Of a stretch of DNA of 64,000 nt, positions 1 to 9,117 are shown piece by piece. Source of the DNA: Candidatus Lustribacter sp. Lineage in GTDB: Bacteria; Vulcanimicrobiota; Vulcanimicrobiia; Vulcanimicrobiales; Vulcanimicrobiaceae. The translations under genes were made by a program, and so were the position numbers. The stretch spans positions 2,264,894 to 2,328,893 of the forward strand of contig OZ255842.1 in assembly GCA_965277805.1 (NCBI GenBank), in the 5' to 3' direction. The notes beneath the pieces are model-generated. The model did no database searches and was not told where the DNA came from. It saw only the letters and a program-made list of their open reading frames with translations. Each line of letters starts with the position of its first letter. The stretch's first letter is position 1.

Positions 1-81
1 GATAAAACTTGGGACCCGCTGAGCGTCGTCGATGAATCGTACTTGGATAAAGCGCTGAAGATCGCCGGCAAACTGCACTAA
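1..81 (+). CDS. 3' end of a secreted NMT1/SsuA-like substrate-binding protein gene (partial, continues upstream of the window)
   Basis: The in-frame tail DKTWDPLSVVDESYLDKALKIAGKLH* ends at TAA 79-81. It aligns with the C-terminus (NPAWDYHSVIDFSYLDKAIKTPSLFSH*) of the SBP at 17477-18505, which holds the equivalent position in the paralogous locus. Confidence 0.5.
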   Translation, partial: DKTWDPLSVVDESYLDKALKIAGKLH

Positions 82-95
82 GGAGCCCTTTTCCG

Positions 96-1031
96 ATGAG
101 CGCCCGCCGCATCAGCCTGCTCTACCGGGACGTCGATCGGCTCCCGTACCTTCACGCGCTCGCCCGCTGCGCGCGCGCGTACGATCTCGAAATCGAACTC
201 GTGCGCCATCGCCAAACCGGTCCCGAGGACTGGAGCGAAAAACTCAAGCGCGGCGAGGTCGATGCGATCTCCGAGAACTACTGGGCCCTGCAGCGCTTTC
301 GCGCGGCCGGGGAACCATTCGTCACGGTCGCATCCTCGGCGCACGAATGGCTCGAGTGGTTGCTGGTTCGTCCGGGGATCGCATCGCTGGAAGACCTGCG
401 CGGCAAGCGCATTGCCGTGCGCGACGTCGGGCCGCAACGCTCGTACCCCGGCGTCGTCCTGCGGCGGCTCGGCCTTGCCGGCGATGTCGAACAAGTTCTG
501 GTCACGGAAAAAGAAAACGGCCGTTGGGGCATGTGGAAAGCCGTCGTCGACGGGCGCTGCGATGCGTTCTTCATGCAGCCCGCTTACGGCGACGCCGCGC
601 TCGCGGCCGGCTTGCGCCCGATCGCCGTTCCGCCGTTCGCGTTCGAGGGCGGCTACATCATCCCGACGCTCACCGAAGCCTACGTTGCGGCGAATCCCGA
701 AACGGTGCGCGGCCTGGTGTTCGCCATGTTCGATGCGTGCCGCCGGGCGAAGCACGAATCCGGCTGGCTGCTGGAAGTCACGAAAGCCGACTCGCTCGGC
801 GATCTGGCCGAGCACTTCGACTTTCAGGACGATGCCGAGGTCGAGCGCTTCGTTGCGCACCAAATCGACGAGATCGCCGAGATTCCGATTCCGGCGCCCG
901 CCGGGTTGGTCAACGCGCTCGAGATCGCGAAGGCCCAATACGAGATTCCCGACGGCTTCAATCCGCTGGTGATGTGGGATCTCTCGTTCGTCCGCGAAGC
1001 CTTGGCTTCAACCGCCATTAAAGGACGCTGA
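96..1031 (+). CDS. Leaderless (cytoplasmic) periplasmic-binding-protein-fold protein, NMT1/SsuA-like, partner of HyuB-gamma
   Basis: 311 aa with AGGAG 10 nt upstream of the ATG and no signal peptide or hydrophobic N-terminus. It has the PBP type-2 pattern (..GKRIAVRDVGPQRS..). Its TGA at 1029-1031 lies one nt before the HyuB ATG at 1033. The paralogue at 11461-12402 is about two-thirds identical by eye. Confidence 0.75.
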   Translation: MSARRISLLYRDVDRLPYLHALARCARAYDLEIELVRHRQTGPEDWSEKLKRGEVDAISENYWALQRFRAAGEPFVTVASSAHEWLEWLLVRPGIASLEDLRGKRIAVRDVGPQRSYPGVVLRRLGLAGDVEQVLVTEKENGRWGMWKAVVDGRCDAFFMQPAYGDAALAAGLRPIAVPPFAFEGGYIIPTLTEAYVAANPETVRGLVFAMFDACRRAKHESGWLLEVTKADSLGDLAEHFDFQDDAEVERFVAHQIDEIAEIPIPAPAGLVNALEIAKAQYEIPDGFNPLVMWDLSFVREALASTAIKGR

Positions 1032-1032
1032 C

Positions 1033-3222
1033 ATGAGTACGGTAGCCGAACCCGCGCGCGTCACGCGCAAGGTCGACCCGGTGACCTTCGAGGTCATCCG
1101 GCACCGGCTCGTGGGAATTACCGAAGAACAAGCGGCGCGCTTGATGACGGTGTCGGGCTCGAAACACGTCACCGAAATGTCCGACTACAATGTGGGCCTC
1201 TATCTGCACGACGGCTCGGTCGCGGCGATGGGACGCACGATCCTCTACCACTCGTCGTCGATGGCCGCGCTCGTGCGCAGCGTGATCGCCGACTGCAGCG
1301 ACGAACCCGGCATCGCACCTGGCGACGTCTTCATCGTCAACGATCCCTGGAAGGGTTCGGTGCACGCGCCCGACATGGCGCTCATTACGCCGATTCACAT
1401 CGGCGAACAGCTGATCTTCTGGTCGGGCGCGATGATGCACATGTCCGACATCGGCGGCATGCATGAGGGCAGCGTGATGTTACCGGCGAGCGAAGCGTAT
1501 CAGGAAGGGCTCCTTCTTCCACCGCTCAAGCTCGTTTCCAAAGGCGTGATCCGCCAAGACGTGTGGCGCATGGTGCTCGGCAACTGCCGTCATGCCTCGA
1601 CGATGGGGCTCGATCTCAAGGGACTGATGGCAGCCAACAACGCGGCCGTGACCGGGCTGCAGCAACTCGGCGAGCGCTACGGCGTCGAAACGCTGCTAGA
1701 CGTCATGGCGTCGTTGATCGAACTCTCCGAAACGCGTCTGCGCGCGCGTTTGCGCGAACTTCCCGAAGCGACGGTCGAAGCGAGCGGGTACCTCGAATTC
1801 GATCCGGGGCTGGGCGACTGTCCGGTCGTGCATCTCGAACTCACCAAGCGCGGCGACGGCCTCACGCTCGATTTTTCCAAATCGTCGCCGCAAGTGCAGA
1901 GCTCGGTGAACTGCACGATCGGCGGCCTCATGGCGGGTGTCTCAGCCGGTCTCTTGCCGACGCTGGCCTACGACATTCCGTGGAACGAAGGCCTCTACCG
2001 TCCGCTCAACGTCATCTGCCCCGAAGGCAGGATCTGCAACGCTCGCCGGCCCGCAGCGCTCAGCGGCAACATCGCCGGTGCAGTGTGGGAAGCCGAAATG
2101 GCGACGACGGTTGCGCTCTCGCGCCTGGCGGCGTGTTCCGAAGACTACCGGCACGAGGCGCAAGCCTCATCGACGGCGCGTCCGGGTTCGCTCTTCTTCT
2201 TCGGCACCAATCAGCTCGGCGAACGTTTCGCCGGACGCACCTACGACGTGCTCGGTTCGGGCGGCGGCGCATACGCCGATCACGACGGGGTATCTTCGCA
2301 CGGCCACCACAGCATCGAGCGCCCGCTGATCAGCAACGTCGAATCACTTGAACTGGATCTGCCCATCCTTTATCTCCAGCGCCGCTGGGCGGCCGATAGC
2401 GGCGGCGCCGGAAAGCGGCGCGGCGGCTCGAGCATTCTCTCGATTTACAAACCGCATGGCGCGACGCCGACGTTCCAACGGCTCGGCTTCCGCTGGGAAG
2501 TGCCGGACGCGATGGGACTGTTCGGCGGCTATCCGGGTTCACAGATGGGCAGTGTGCTGATGCGTCGCACGAACGTCGCCCAAACGATGGCCGGCGGCCA
2601 CGTGCCGAACTTTGACGAGGTCGACGGAGAGCGATACGTCCTGCCGCCGCAGCGGCCGATGGCGATCGTGCTCGACACCGACGATGTCGTGCGCGCCGAT
2701 CCGCCGGGGCCGGCCGGTTGGGGCGATCCGCTCGAACGCAGCCTCGACGATCTCGACGTCGACGTCCAATTTCACGACGTCTCGCGCGCGGCCGCCGAAC
2801 GGCTCTACGGCTGCGTCTTCGATGCGACCGGAACGATCGATCGCACCGCCACCGCGCAGCGTCGCGCGGAGTTGCGTGATGAACGCAAGGCTTGGGTGAA
2901 GCGTAAAACGGGCAGTCGCGATGCGCACGGCAAGCTCGCGCGCCGCTTTCACCTAGGGGACGCGCTCGAGATCGCGCGCGACGAAGCGGGCGCCGACTGG
3001 ACCGTGTGCACGTGCGGTTTCGTGATCGCGCCGGCGGCAGAGAATTGGCGCGAGTATGCCGCCGCACGCGTCGCCCAACCCGATGACGTCGCCGTCAACA
3101 TGTTGGTGCACGCGCCGCTCGAACTGCGTCAGTATGCGTGCCCGGGTTGCGGCCGCCTCCATGCGGCCGATCTTTGCCGAGCCGGCGCCCCCGATCCGTA
3201 CGACATCCGGCTGGTGCTCTAG
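1033..3222 (+). CDS. Hydantoinase B/oxoprolinase (HyuB)-family large subunit with C-terminal acetone-carboxylase-gamma-like zinc-ribbon domain (paralogue 1)
   Basis: 729 aa. The HyuB-type core shows FEVIRHRL..SGSKHVTEMSDYNVGLY..VNDPW.GSVHAPD. The C-terminal tail (about 2992-3219) reads WTVCTCG..ENWREY..YACPGCGRLH..DPYDIRL, a CxC...CPxC pattern. Confidence 0.9.
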   Translation: MSTVAEPARVTRKVDPVTFEVIRHRLVGITEEQAARLMTVSGSKHVTEMSDYNVGLYLHDGSVAAMGRTILYHSSSMAALVRSVIADCSDEPGIAPGDVFIVNDPWKGSVHAPDMALITPIHIGEQLIFWSGAMMHMSDIGGMHEGSVMLPASEAYQEGLLLPPLKLVSKGVIRQDVWRMVLGNCRHASTMGLDLKGLMAANNAAVTGLQQLGERYGVETLLDVMASLIELSETRLRARLRELPEATVEASGYLEFDPGLGDCPVVHLELTKRGDGLTLDFSKSSPQVQSSVNCTIGGLMAGVSAGLLPTLAYDIPWNEGLYRPLNVICPEGRICNARRPAALSGNIAGAVWEAEMATTVALSRLAACSEDYRHEAQASSTARPGSLFFFGTNQLGERFAGRTYDVLGSGGGAYADHDGVSSHGHHSIERPLISNVESLELDLPILYLQRRWAADSGGAGKRRGGSSILSIYKPHGATPTFQRLGFRWEVPDAMGLFGGYPGSQMGSVLMRRTNVAQTMAGGHVPNFDEVDGERYVLPPQRPMAIVLDTDDVVRADPPGPAGWGDPLERSLDDLDVDVQFHDVSRAAAERLYGCVFDATGTIDRTATAQRRAELRDERKAWVKRKTGSRDAHGKLARRFHLGDALEIARDEAGADWTVCTCGFVIAPAAENWREYAAARVAQPDDVAVNMLVHAPLELRQYACPGCGRLHAADLCRAGAPDPYDIRLVL

Positions 3223-3224
3223 GC

Positions 3225-3932
3225 GTGTCCGACATCGCCGATTTGATCGCACGCGCTGTGCGCGTGTGCAACGCCGAGCACGTCATGGACTGGAACGGCC
3301 ACGTCAGCGGCCGCGACGAACGCGACCCCAACGTCATGTGGATCAACAACCGGCACTCGAGCCGTTCGACCTTGACGGCAACTGACATCGTGCCGTTCGA
3401 CATCGCCGCCGGCAAACGCATCGGCGAGGGCATCGAACCGCCGAGCGAATGGTACATCCACACCTGGATCTACCAGCTGCGGCCCGACGTGTCCGGCATC
3501 GTCCACTCGCATCCCGAGTCGATCGTTACGCTGTCCGCGCTCGGCCGTCTCCTCAAGCCGATCACTCAAACCGGCGTGCAAGCCGGCATCCCGGAAGACG
3601 GCGCGCCCGTGTTCGATAAGGTCGAGACCGTGCACACGCATGCGGACGGCGAAGCGCTCGCGCGCACCCTCGGCAACGCACCGATCGTCGTGCTGCGCCA
3701 GCATGGAGCGGTGACGGTCGGCAGCATGGTCGAGGAAGCCGTTAACCGCATGATCACGAGCGAAGGGAACGCGCGCCAGCTGCTGGCCGCACTGCAGATC
3801 GGCGAGCCAACGTACATTCGCGGCGAAGAATGGCAGCGCATCGGCGGCGGTGGACGCGATTCGAAGCACGGCGTGCTCAAACAGTGGACGTATTTCGAGG
3901 AGTCGGCACGCAAGAACGGCGCGCTGGATTAG
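3225..3932 (+). CDS. Class II aldolase/adducin-domain protein
   Basis: I chose the GTG start at 3225, just after the HyuB stop; the longer ORF from 3138 overlaps HyuB. It carries the HSHPES metal-binding His motif and LRQHGAVTVG, both typical of Aldolase_II. Confidence 0.85.
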   Translation: MSDIADLIARAVRVCNAEHVMDWNGHVSGRDERDPNVMWINNRHSSRSTLTATDIVPFDIAAGKRIGEGIEPPSEWYIHTWIYQLRPDVSGIVHSHPESIVTLSALGRLLKPITQTGVQAGIPEDGAPVFDKVETVHTHADGEALARTLGNAPIVVLRQHGAVTVGSMVEEAVNRMITSEGNARQLLAALQIGEPTYIRGEEWQRIGGGGRDSKHGVLKQWTYFEESARKNGALD

Positions 3933-3936
3933 CCCC

Positions 3937-4935
3937 ATGAGCACGCTCGAACTGAGTTGCGCGCTCACCGAAAACACGCACACCCAGGCGATCATCGCCG
4001 GTGAGATCGCCCCGGAAGCCATCACGTTTCATACGAGCGCGCTGTACCCGACGGAAGTGTTCTGGCGCCAGCTGCATCACGCCGAATTCGACGTCTCCGA
4101 AATTTCCATCGCCTCGCTCTTGATCGCACTCTCAAAAGGCCTCGACGACTGGGTCACGCTGCCGGTCTTCACCGTCCGCCGCTTTTTCCACACCGGGGTG
4201 ATGGTGCGCACCGATCGCGGCATCGACGCTCCCGCCGATCTCGCGGGCAAACGCGTCGGCGTGCCGGAATTTCAGCAGACCTCGGCGGTTTGGAGCCGAG
4301 GTATCCTGCGCGATGAGTTCGGGGTCGATCCCGCCTCGATGGAATGGTTCATGGAGCGCAACCCGGGACAGAGTCACGGCAGCGCCACCGGCTTCACGCC
4401 ACCGCCGGGCGTTCGCCTAACCTACATTCCGCGCGAAAAAAGCATCGGGCGAATGCTCGTCGACGGGGAACTCGACGCGCTGATCCATTTCAGCCCGGGC
4501 AACAACATCATCGACCGCACGACGGTCAATCCGCTCGCCCACCCGCAGGTCCGGCGCCTATTTCCGTCGCCGGAAGCCGAAGCAATCCGCTACTACCGCA
4601 AGAGCGGGATCTATCCGATCAACCACTTCGTCATCGTCCGGCGCTCGCTCACCGAACGATACCCGTGGATCGTGCTCAACATCTACAACGCGTTCTGCGC
4701 GGCGCAACAACGGCTTGCAACCCAACTCGCTGCGTTGATCGAACCCTACGCCGCCGTCGGTACCGTACCGGCGGAAACGATCGCGGCCATGAAGGCGGCG
4801 GACGTCATGCCGTACGGCGTCAAGGCCGGCCGCAAGGCGGTCGAGAGCATCGTGCGCTTCTTACACGCCGACGGTCTCATCGATCGTCCGCTCGCGCCGG
4901 CTGACATTTTCGCCCCGCAAACTCTTGATCTCTAG
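3937..4935 (+). CDS. PhtD (4,5-dihydroxyphthalate decarboxylase)-like leaderless PBP-fold protein
   Basis: The ATG at 3937 (MSTLELSCAL..) lies 4 nt after the preceding stop, and there is no signal peptide. It shares PVFTVRRFFH..DLAGKRVGVPEFQQTSAVWSRGILRDEFGVD..GIYPINH with the paralogues at 55249, 56264 and 38787-39810. Confidence 0.7.
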   Translation: MSTLELSCALTENTHTQAIIAGEIAPEAITFHTSALYPTEVFWRQLHHAEFDVSEISIASLLIALSKGLDDWVTLPVFTVRRFFHTGVMVRTDRGIDAPADLAGKRVGVPEFQQTSAVWSRGILRDEFGVDPASMEWFMERNPGQSHGSATGFTPPPGVRLTYIPREKSIGRMLVDGELDALIHFSPGNNIIDRTTVNPLAHPQVRRLFPSPEAEAIRYYRKSGIYPINHFVIVRRSLTERYPWIVLNIYNAFCAAQQRLATQLAALIEPYAAVGTVPAETIAAMKAADVMPYGVKAGRKAVESIVRFLHADGLIDRPLAPADIFAPQTLDL

Positions 4936-4944
4936 AGGATACAC

Positions 4945-5937
4945 ATGCCCGATTCACTCGATCACGCGGCCACCCAACGGCGCAAGTTTCGCGAGTTGCT
5001 CGCCCGGCCGAAGCTCACGGTAATGCCGGGCGGTTTCAGCCCGCTCTATGCGCGCATGGCCGAGGAGATAGGTTTCGAAGCGTTCTTCATCGCCGGTTCG
5101 CAGACGGCCGCGTTTTTGTACGGCGTACCCGATAACGGCATCATCGGTCTGCGCGAGATCGCCGATCACGTTCGCCAAGTCGCAGCGCGCGCGGGAATTC
5201 CGATTCTGGTTGATTGCGATACCGGCTACGGCAATGCGGTCAACGTGACTTACGCCGTCGAGGAGATTATCCGTACCGGGGCGGCTGCGCTGCAAATCGA
5301 GGATCAAGAGGCACCCAAGAAATCGGGCACGGTCGCCGGCCGGCGCTGCATTCCGATGGCCGAGGCCGTCGGCAAGATCGCGGCCGCGACCGCCGCGCGC
5401 GACGCGATGGAGCCGTCCTTCGTGATCTGCGCGCGCTGCGATGTGCTCGGCGCCGAAGGCGGTACGTTCGAAGATGCCGTGAAGCGTTCGGTCGCCTATG
5501 CGAAGGAAGGCCGAGCCGACCTCATCTGGCTCAACTCCGTTCAGAGCATCGAAGACGTGCATCGCGCGTGTAGCGAAATTCCGGTACCCGTACTGGTGGT
5601 ATGGGGCGGACCGCTGCCCGCGCCCACGCCCGCCGAATACGAACGCGCCGGGGCAAAGATAGCGCTCTATCCGGCCATTGCGGCAACGTCCGGCATGAAC
5701 GCCGCGTGGCGCGTGCTCAACGATCTGCACGAACGCGGTCCGCAAGCGATTTATGATTACTCGGCCGAAATTCGGGCCTCGAAGTGGGGGCCGGCCGACC
5801 AAAACGCGCTGGTAAAACTTGAACGCGTGCGTGCGATCGAAGATCAGTTCTTGCCCACCGAAGTGAAGCGCGATTACGATAAAACCTGGGGTCATGTCAG
5901 CATCCTGGCACCCGACGCCGGCGGCCCGGCACACTAA
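4945..5937 (+). CDS. Isocitrate lyase/PEP mutase-family enzyme (methylisocitrate lyase / oxaloacetate decarboxylase-like)
   Basis: 330 aa with GAGGA upstream of the ATG. Hallmarks of the ICL/PEPM family are present: ..FFIAGS..PILVDCDTGYGN..ALQIEDQ..PKKSG... Confidence 0.85.
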   Translation: MPDSLDHAATQRRKFRELLARPKLTVMPGGFSPLYARMAEEIGFEAFFIAGSQTAAFLYGVPDNGIIGLREIADHVRQVAARAGIPILVDCDTGYGNAVNVTYAVEEIIRTGAAALQIEDQEAPKKSGTVAGRRCIPMAEAVGKIAAATAARDAMEPSFVICARCDVLGAEGGTFEDAVKRSVAYAKEGRADLIWLNSVQSIEDVHRACSEIPVPVLVVWGGPLPAPTPAEYERAGAKIALYPAIAATSGMNAAWRVLNDLHERGPQAIYDYSAEIRASKWGPADQNALVKLERVRAIEDQFLPTEVKRDYDKTWGHVSILAPDAGGPAH

Positions 5938-5952
5938 GTGAGGAAGAGCCCG

Positions 5953-6912
5953 ATGCAATCTTCATTCCACCTGCACCGCGGAGCGTTCCTGAGCGGGCTC
6001 GCTGCCGCTGCACTTCCGTCCGTGCTCGGAGCGCAAGAGCTCACCAAGCTGCGCATCGCCGGTACTCCGGATCAGGATATCGTCGGCAGCTTCTGGGCGC
6101 AACAGAGCGGCATTTTCCAGCGCTACGGTATTGACGCCGACGTCACCACGATCAGCAGCGGCGCGGCGATTTCGGCGGCCGTGATCGGCGGCTCGCTCGA
6201 CATCGGCAAATCGAGCCTGCTGGCGTTGATTCAAGCGCACGCCAAGGGCATTCCGCTCGTCATCATCGCGGCCTCGCTGCTGTACAATGCCGCGAAACCG
6301 ATCACGGCCCTCGTCGTCGCGAAGGATTCACCCATTCACACCGGCCGCGATCTCAACGGCGCAACCGTGGCCGTGACCGCGCTCGGAGACTTCTACTCGA
6401 TGATGAACGCCGCGTGGATCGATACGCACGACGGCGATTCCAAATCCGTCCACTTCGTCGAGCTGCCGTCGCGCGCGGCCGCCGATGGAATCACCGCCGG
6501 CCGCGTCGCCGCAACCACGCTTACCGCACCGCTGCTCGATCAAGAACTGCAGAGCGGCAACTTCCGCGTGCTCGGCTACCCGTTCAGCGCCGCGGCGAAC
6601 GTGTTTCTGCTGACCGCCTACTTCTGCACGGCCGACTTCGCTGCTAGAAATCGCGCCGTTTTACCGCGCTTCCGGCGCGCGCTGGCCGAATCGGCCACCT
6701 ATGCCAATGCGCACCGCTCCGCCATGATTCCGGTCATCTCGAAGTATAGCGGCGTCGATCCGGCAACGCTGGCGGCGATGCCGGACGTGCCGTTGGCGCA
6801 ACCCAATCAGCTGCAGGCTCCGCTGATCCAGCCGCTGATCGACGTCGCCGTAAAATACAAGTCGATTCCCCAGGGCTTCAGCGCCAAGGAGCTGCTTGAC
6901 CCATCGATCTAG
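5953..6912 (+). CDS. Secreted NMT1/SsuA-like ABC substrate-binding protein
   Basis: The ATG at 5953 is preceded by AGGAAG; an alternative GTG lies at 5938. The signal-like N-terminus is MQSSFHLHRGAFLSGLAAAALPSVLGAQ. NMT1-type motifs follow: DSPIHTGRDLNGATVAV..WIDTHGGDSKSVHFVELP. Confidence 0.8.
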   Translation: MQSSFHLHRGAFLSGLAAAALPSVLGAQELTKLRIAGTPDQDIVGSFWAQQSGIFQRYGIDADVTTISSGAAISAAVIGGSLDIGKSSLLALIQAHAKGIPLVIIAASLLYNAAKPITALVVAKDSPIHTGRDLNGATVAVTALGDFYSMMNAAWIDTHDGDSKSVHFVELPSRAAADGITAGRVAATTLTAPLLDQELQSGNFRVLGYPFSAAANVFLLTAYFCTADFAARNRAVLPRFRRALAESATYANAHRSAMIPVISKYSGVDPATLAAMPDVPLAQPNQLQAPLIQPLIDVAVKYKSIPQGFSAKELLDPSI

Positions 6913-7844
6913 CGCAGGACCGCCGGATCGATCAAGTCGCGCGCTGGAAAGCTCGCGAAGTCGTTATATCGCGCGGTGATGTCGATCTGCGGTTGCACGA
7001 GCGCGGTAGTGAGGTCCACGCCATACGCTGCCCGAATCACGGACGTGATGGTGGCCGGATCGATCTGCGCGTATTTCACGAGGATCTCAGCGCTCCTGGC
7101 CTGATCGCGTTTGTCGTTGGCCCAGAGCGCCGTCTCGCGCATCGCCGCCGCGAACCGCGTCACCAGATCCGGATGCGCGGCGGCCCACTCAGGGGCAGCG
7201 AACCACACGGTGCGCAGGTTGACTTTTGCGATCGCATCATCGGCATACGCGAGCAGACGGCCGTCCTTTTTCGCCGGCGCGAGGAACGGTTCGGCGACAT
7301 ACGCTGCATCGACCCGGCCGGCTTCGAGCGCGGGGGCCATCGCGGGATAGGGAAGCTCGATGAACTTCACGGTGCTCGAGTCGCCACCGTTCTTGTCGAT
7401 CCACGCACGCGACGCGTACTCGGAGCCGGTCGCAAGACCGGGAACGGCAAAGACCTTTCCATTGAGATCCTTGGCGGTGTGAATAGGTGAGTTCTTCGCA
7501 ACGATCACTTGATTGACCGGCGCAGCGTCGGTCCACAACGCGGCCGGCGCAATCACCGTCAGCTTGATGCCTTTCGAATAGGCTTTCGAAAGCGCGCCGA
7601 CGTCGGAGTAGCCGATGTCGGCGGCGTTGCCGGCAACGGCCGCGACCATCGCACTACCGTTCTTACCCGGAATGAGCTCGACATTGAGGCCGTGCTTCTG
7701 AAATATTCCGAGGTCGAGTGCGTAGAACGGCTCGGCGCCCGAGTCGATGTACGTCGTCGTCAGCCGCACGACGGCTGGTGCTTGCGCTGCGCCGGCAACC
7801 GGCAGCAGCGCAAGGATCGTGCAGAGCAGTGCGCTCCTTCTCAT
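6909..7844 (-). CDS. Secreted NMT1/SsuA-like ABC substrate-binding protein
   Basis: The start was moved to the Met at 7844, giving MRRSALLCTILALLPVAGAAQA as a signal peptide. It has NSPIHTAKDLNGKVFAV..WIDKNGGDSSTVKFIELP. It converges on the previous gene with a 4-nt overlap. Confidence 0.8.
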   Translation of the reverse strand: MRRSALLCTILALLPVAGAAQAPAVVRLTTTYIDSGAEPFYALDLGIFQKHGLNVELIPGKNGSAMVAAVAGNAADIGYSDVGALSKAYSKGIKLTVIAPAALWTDAAPVNQVIVAKNSPIHTAKDLNGKVFAVPGLATGSEYASRAWIDKNGGDSSTVKFIELPYPAMAPALEAGRVDAAYVAEPFLAPAKKDGRLLAYADDAIAKVNLRTVWFAAPEWAAAHPDLVTRFAAAMRETALWANDKRDQARSAEILVKYAQIDPATITSVIRAAYGVDLTTALVQPQIDITARYNDFASFPARDLIDPAVLR

Positions 7845-7920
7845 TGTTGAGACCGACGTTCGCGGTGCTGGGGTCAGATTACTTGACTGGCCGGCGCCAA
7901 TGGCCTTAAAATTAAATTCC

Positions 7921-9114
7921 ATGTCGCTATCGCGCGAGCTGAACGAGCTCTTGACACAGGTCGGGCCGGGCACGCCGGGCGGAAACCTGCTGCGTTACTA
8001 TTGGATGCCCATCGCCCCGGCCGCCGAGATCACACCGGAACGGCCGAAAAAACGCGTCCGCGTTCTGGGCGAGAATCTCGTGCTCTTCCGCGACGGCGCC
8101 GGCCGTTTCGGCTTGGTTCCCGAGCAATGTCCGCATCGCAAGTGTTCGTTGTTTTTCGGGTTCGCGGAAGACGATGGGCTGCGCTGTCCCTATCATGGCT
8201 GGAAGTTTTCGACCGAGGGCGAGTGCATCGATCAGCCCTTCGAACCGCCCGGCTCCAATCTCAAAAAGCTCGCGCAGCGTCCGCCCTACAAGGTCGAGCA
8301 GCTCGCGGGCATCCTGTTTGCGTATCTGGGGCCCGAACCGGCGCCGCTGCTGCCGCGCTGGGATCTGATGGTTCGGAAGGACGGCTTGCGCTCGATCGTC
8401 GTGATGTCGCAGCACAGCCATAACTGGCTGCAGGCGCAAGAGAACTCGCACGATCCCGTGCATCCGTTCTACCTCCACGCCGGCCTGATGAAGGCCCACG
8501 GTGTCGAAGAGAAGTTCAAGGCCGAGGTCGCGTACTTCAGCCGGCCATTGGAAGGCTTCGATTTCGAACTGCGGCGCGAGCCGGGCTGGATCGGCTTGAT
8601 GAAAAAGCGCATTTTCGCAGACGAAAGCGTCGAGCAAGAGTCGGGCAATCCGGCCATCTTTCCCAACGTGCTCTTCGCACCTCACGGAAAACAAGTCGTG
8701 ATCCACTGGCGTACGCCGGTCGACGATGCGCATACGAACATCACCTGGCTGGAATTCACGCCGAATGCCGGCGGCATCGAGCTCGAGCAGCCCGATGACG
8801 AGATCCCGGTGCGATACGTCGCACACCCCAAACGCCCCGACGGCGAATATGATCTCACGACCTTCGAAACGCAAGACCAAATGGCGTGGGAAACGCAAGG
8901 CCCGATCGTCGACCGCGAAACCGAACTACTCGGCGCATCCGACCGCGGCATCACGATGTTCCGCAAGCTTCTGCGCGAACAAATCGAACGCGTTCAACGC
9001 GGGGAGGAACCCGAAGGACTCATCCGCGACCCGGCAATCAACACATCCATCTCATTCAAGGTCTCATCCGGCCAACGCACCATGCGCGAACGCCTAGAAT
9101 CCACCGCCGGCTAA
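7921..9114 (+). CDS. Rieske non-heme iron oxygenase, alpha-only (phthalate/VanA-like family)
   Basis: The Rieske motif is CPHRKCSLFFG..x..CPYHGW, and the mononuclear-iron motif is NWLQAQENSHDPVHPFYLH. The N-terminus ..LTQVGPGTPGGNLLRYYW is typical of this family. An alternative ATG lies at 7900. Confidence 0.85.
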   Translation: MSLSRELNELLTQVGPGTPGGNLLRYYWMPIAPAAEITPERPKKRVRVLGENLVLFRDGAGRFGLVPEQCPHRKCSLFFGFAEDDGLRCPYHGWKFSTEGECIDQPFEPPGSNLKKLAQRPPYKVEQLAGILFAYLGPEPAPLLPRWDLMVRKDGLRSIVVMSQHSHNWLQAQENSHDPVHPFYLHAGLMKAHGVEEKFKAEVAYFSRPLEGFDFELRREPGWIGLMKKRIFADESVEQESGNPAIFPNVLFAPHGKQVVIHWRTPVDDAHTNITWLEFTPNAGGIELEQPDDEIPVRYVAHPKRPDGEYDLTTFETQDQMAWETQGPIVDRETELLGASDRGITMFRKLLREQIERVQRGEEPEGLIRDPAINTSISFKVSSGQRTMRERLESTAG

Positions 9115-9117
9115 CGA

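Noticed and set aside
78-938. Long antisense or alternative-frame ORFs throughout the track. Examples are 78-938 (-), 3219-4025 (-), 4954-5958 (-), 10196-11890 (+), 15859-17151 (-), 20235-21692 (-), 22351-23304 (+), 25337-26287 (-), 35150-36247 (+) and 51422-52279 (-).
   Set aside because: They are typical high-GC shadow ORFs. Their translations are Arg/Ala/Pro/Gly-rich low-complexity sequence without recognisable motifs. Each lies fully inside a gene on the other strand or frame that has clear family signatures.
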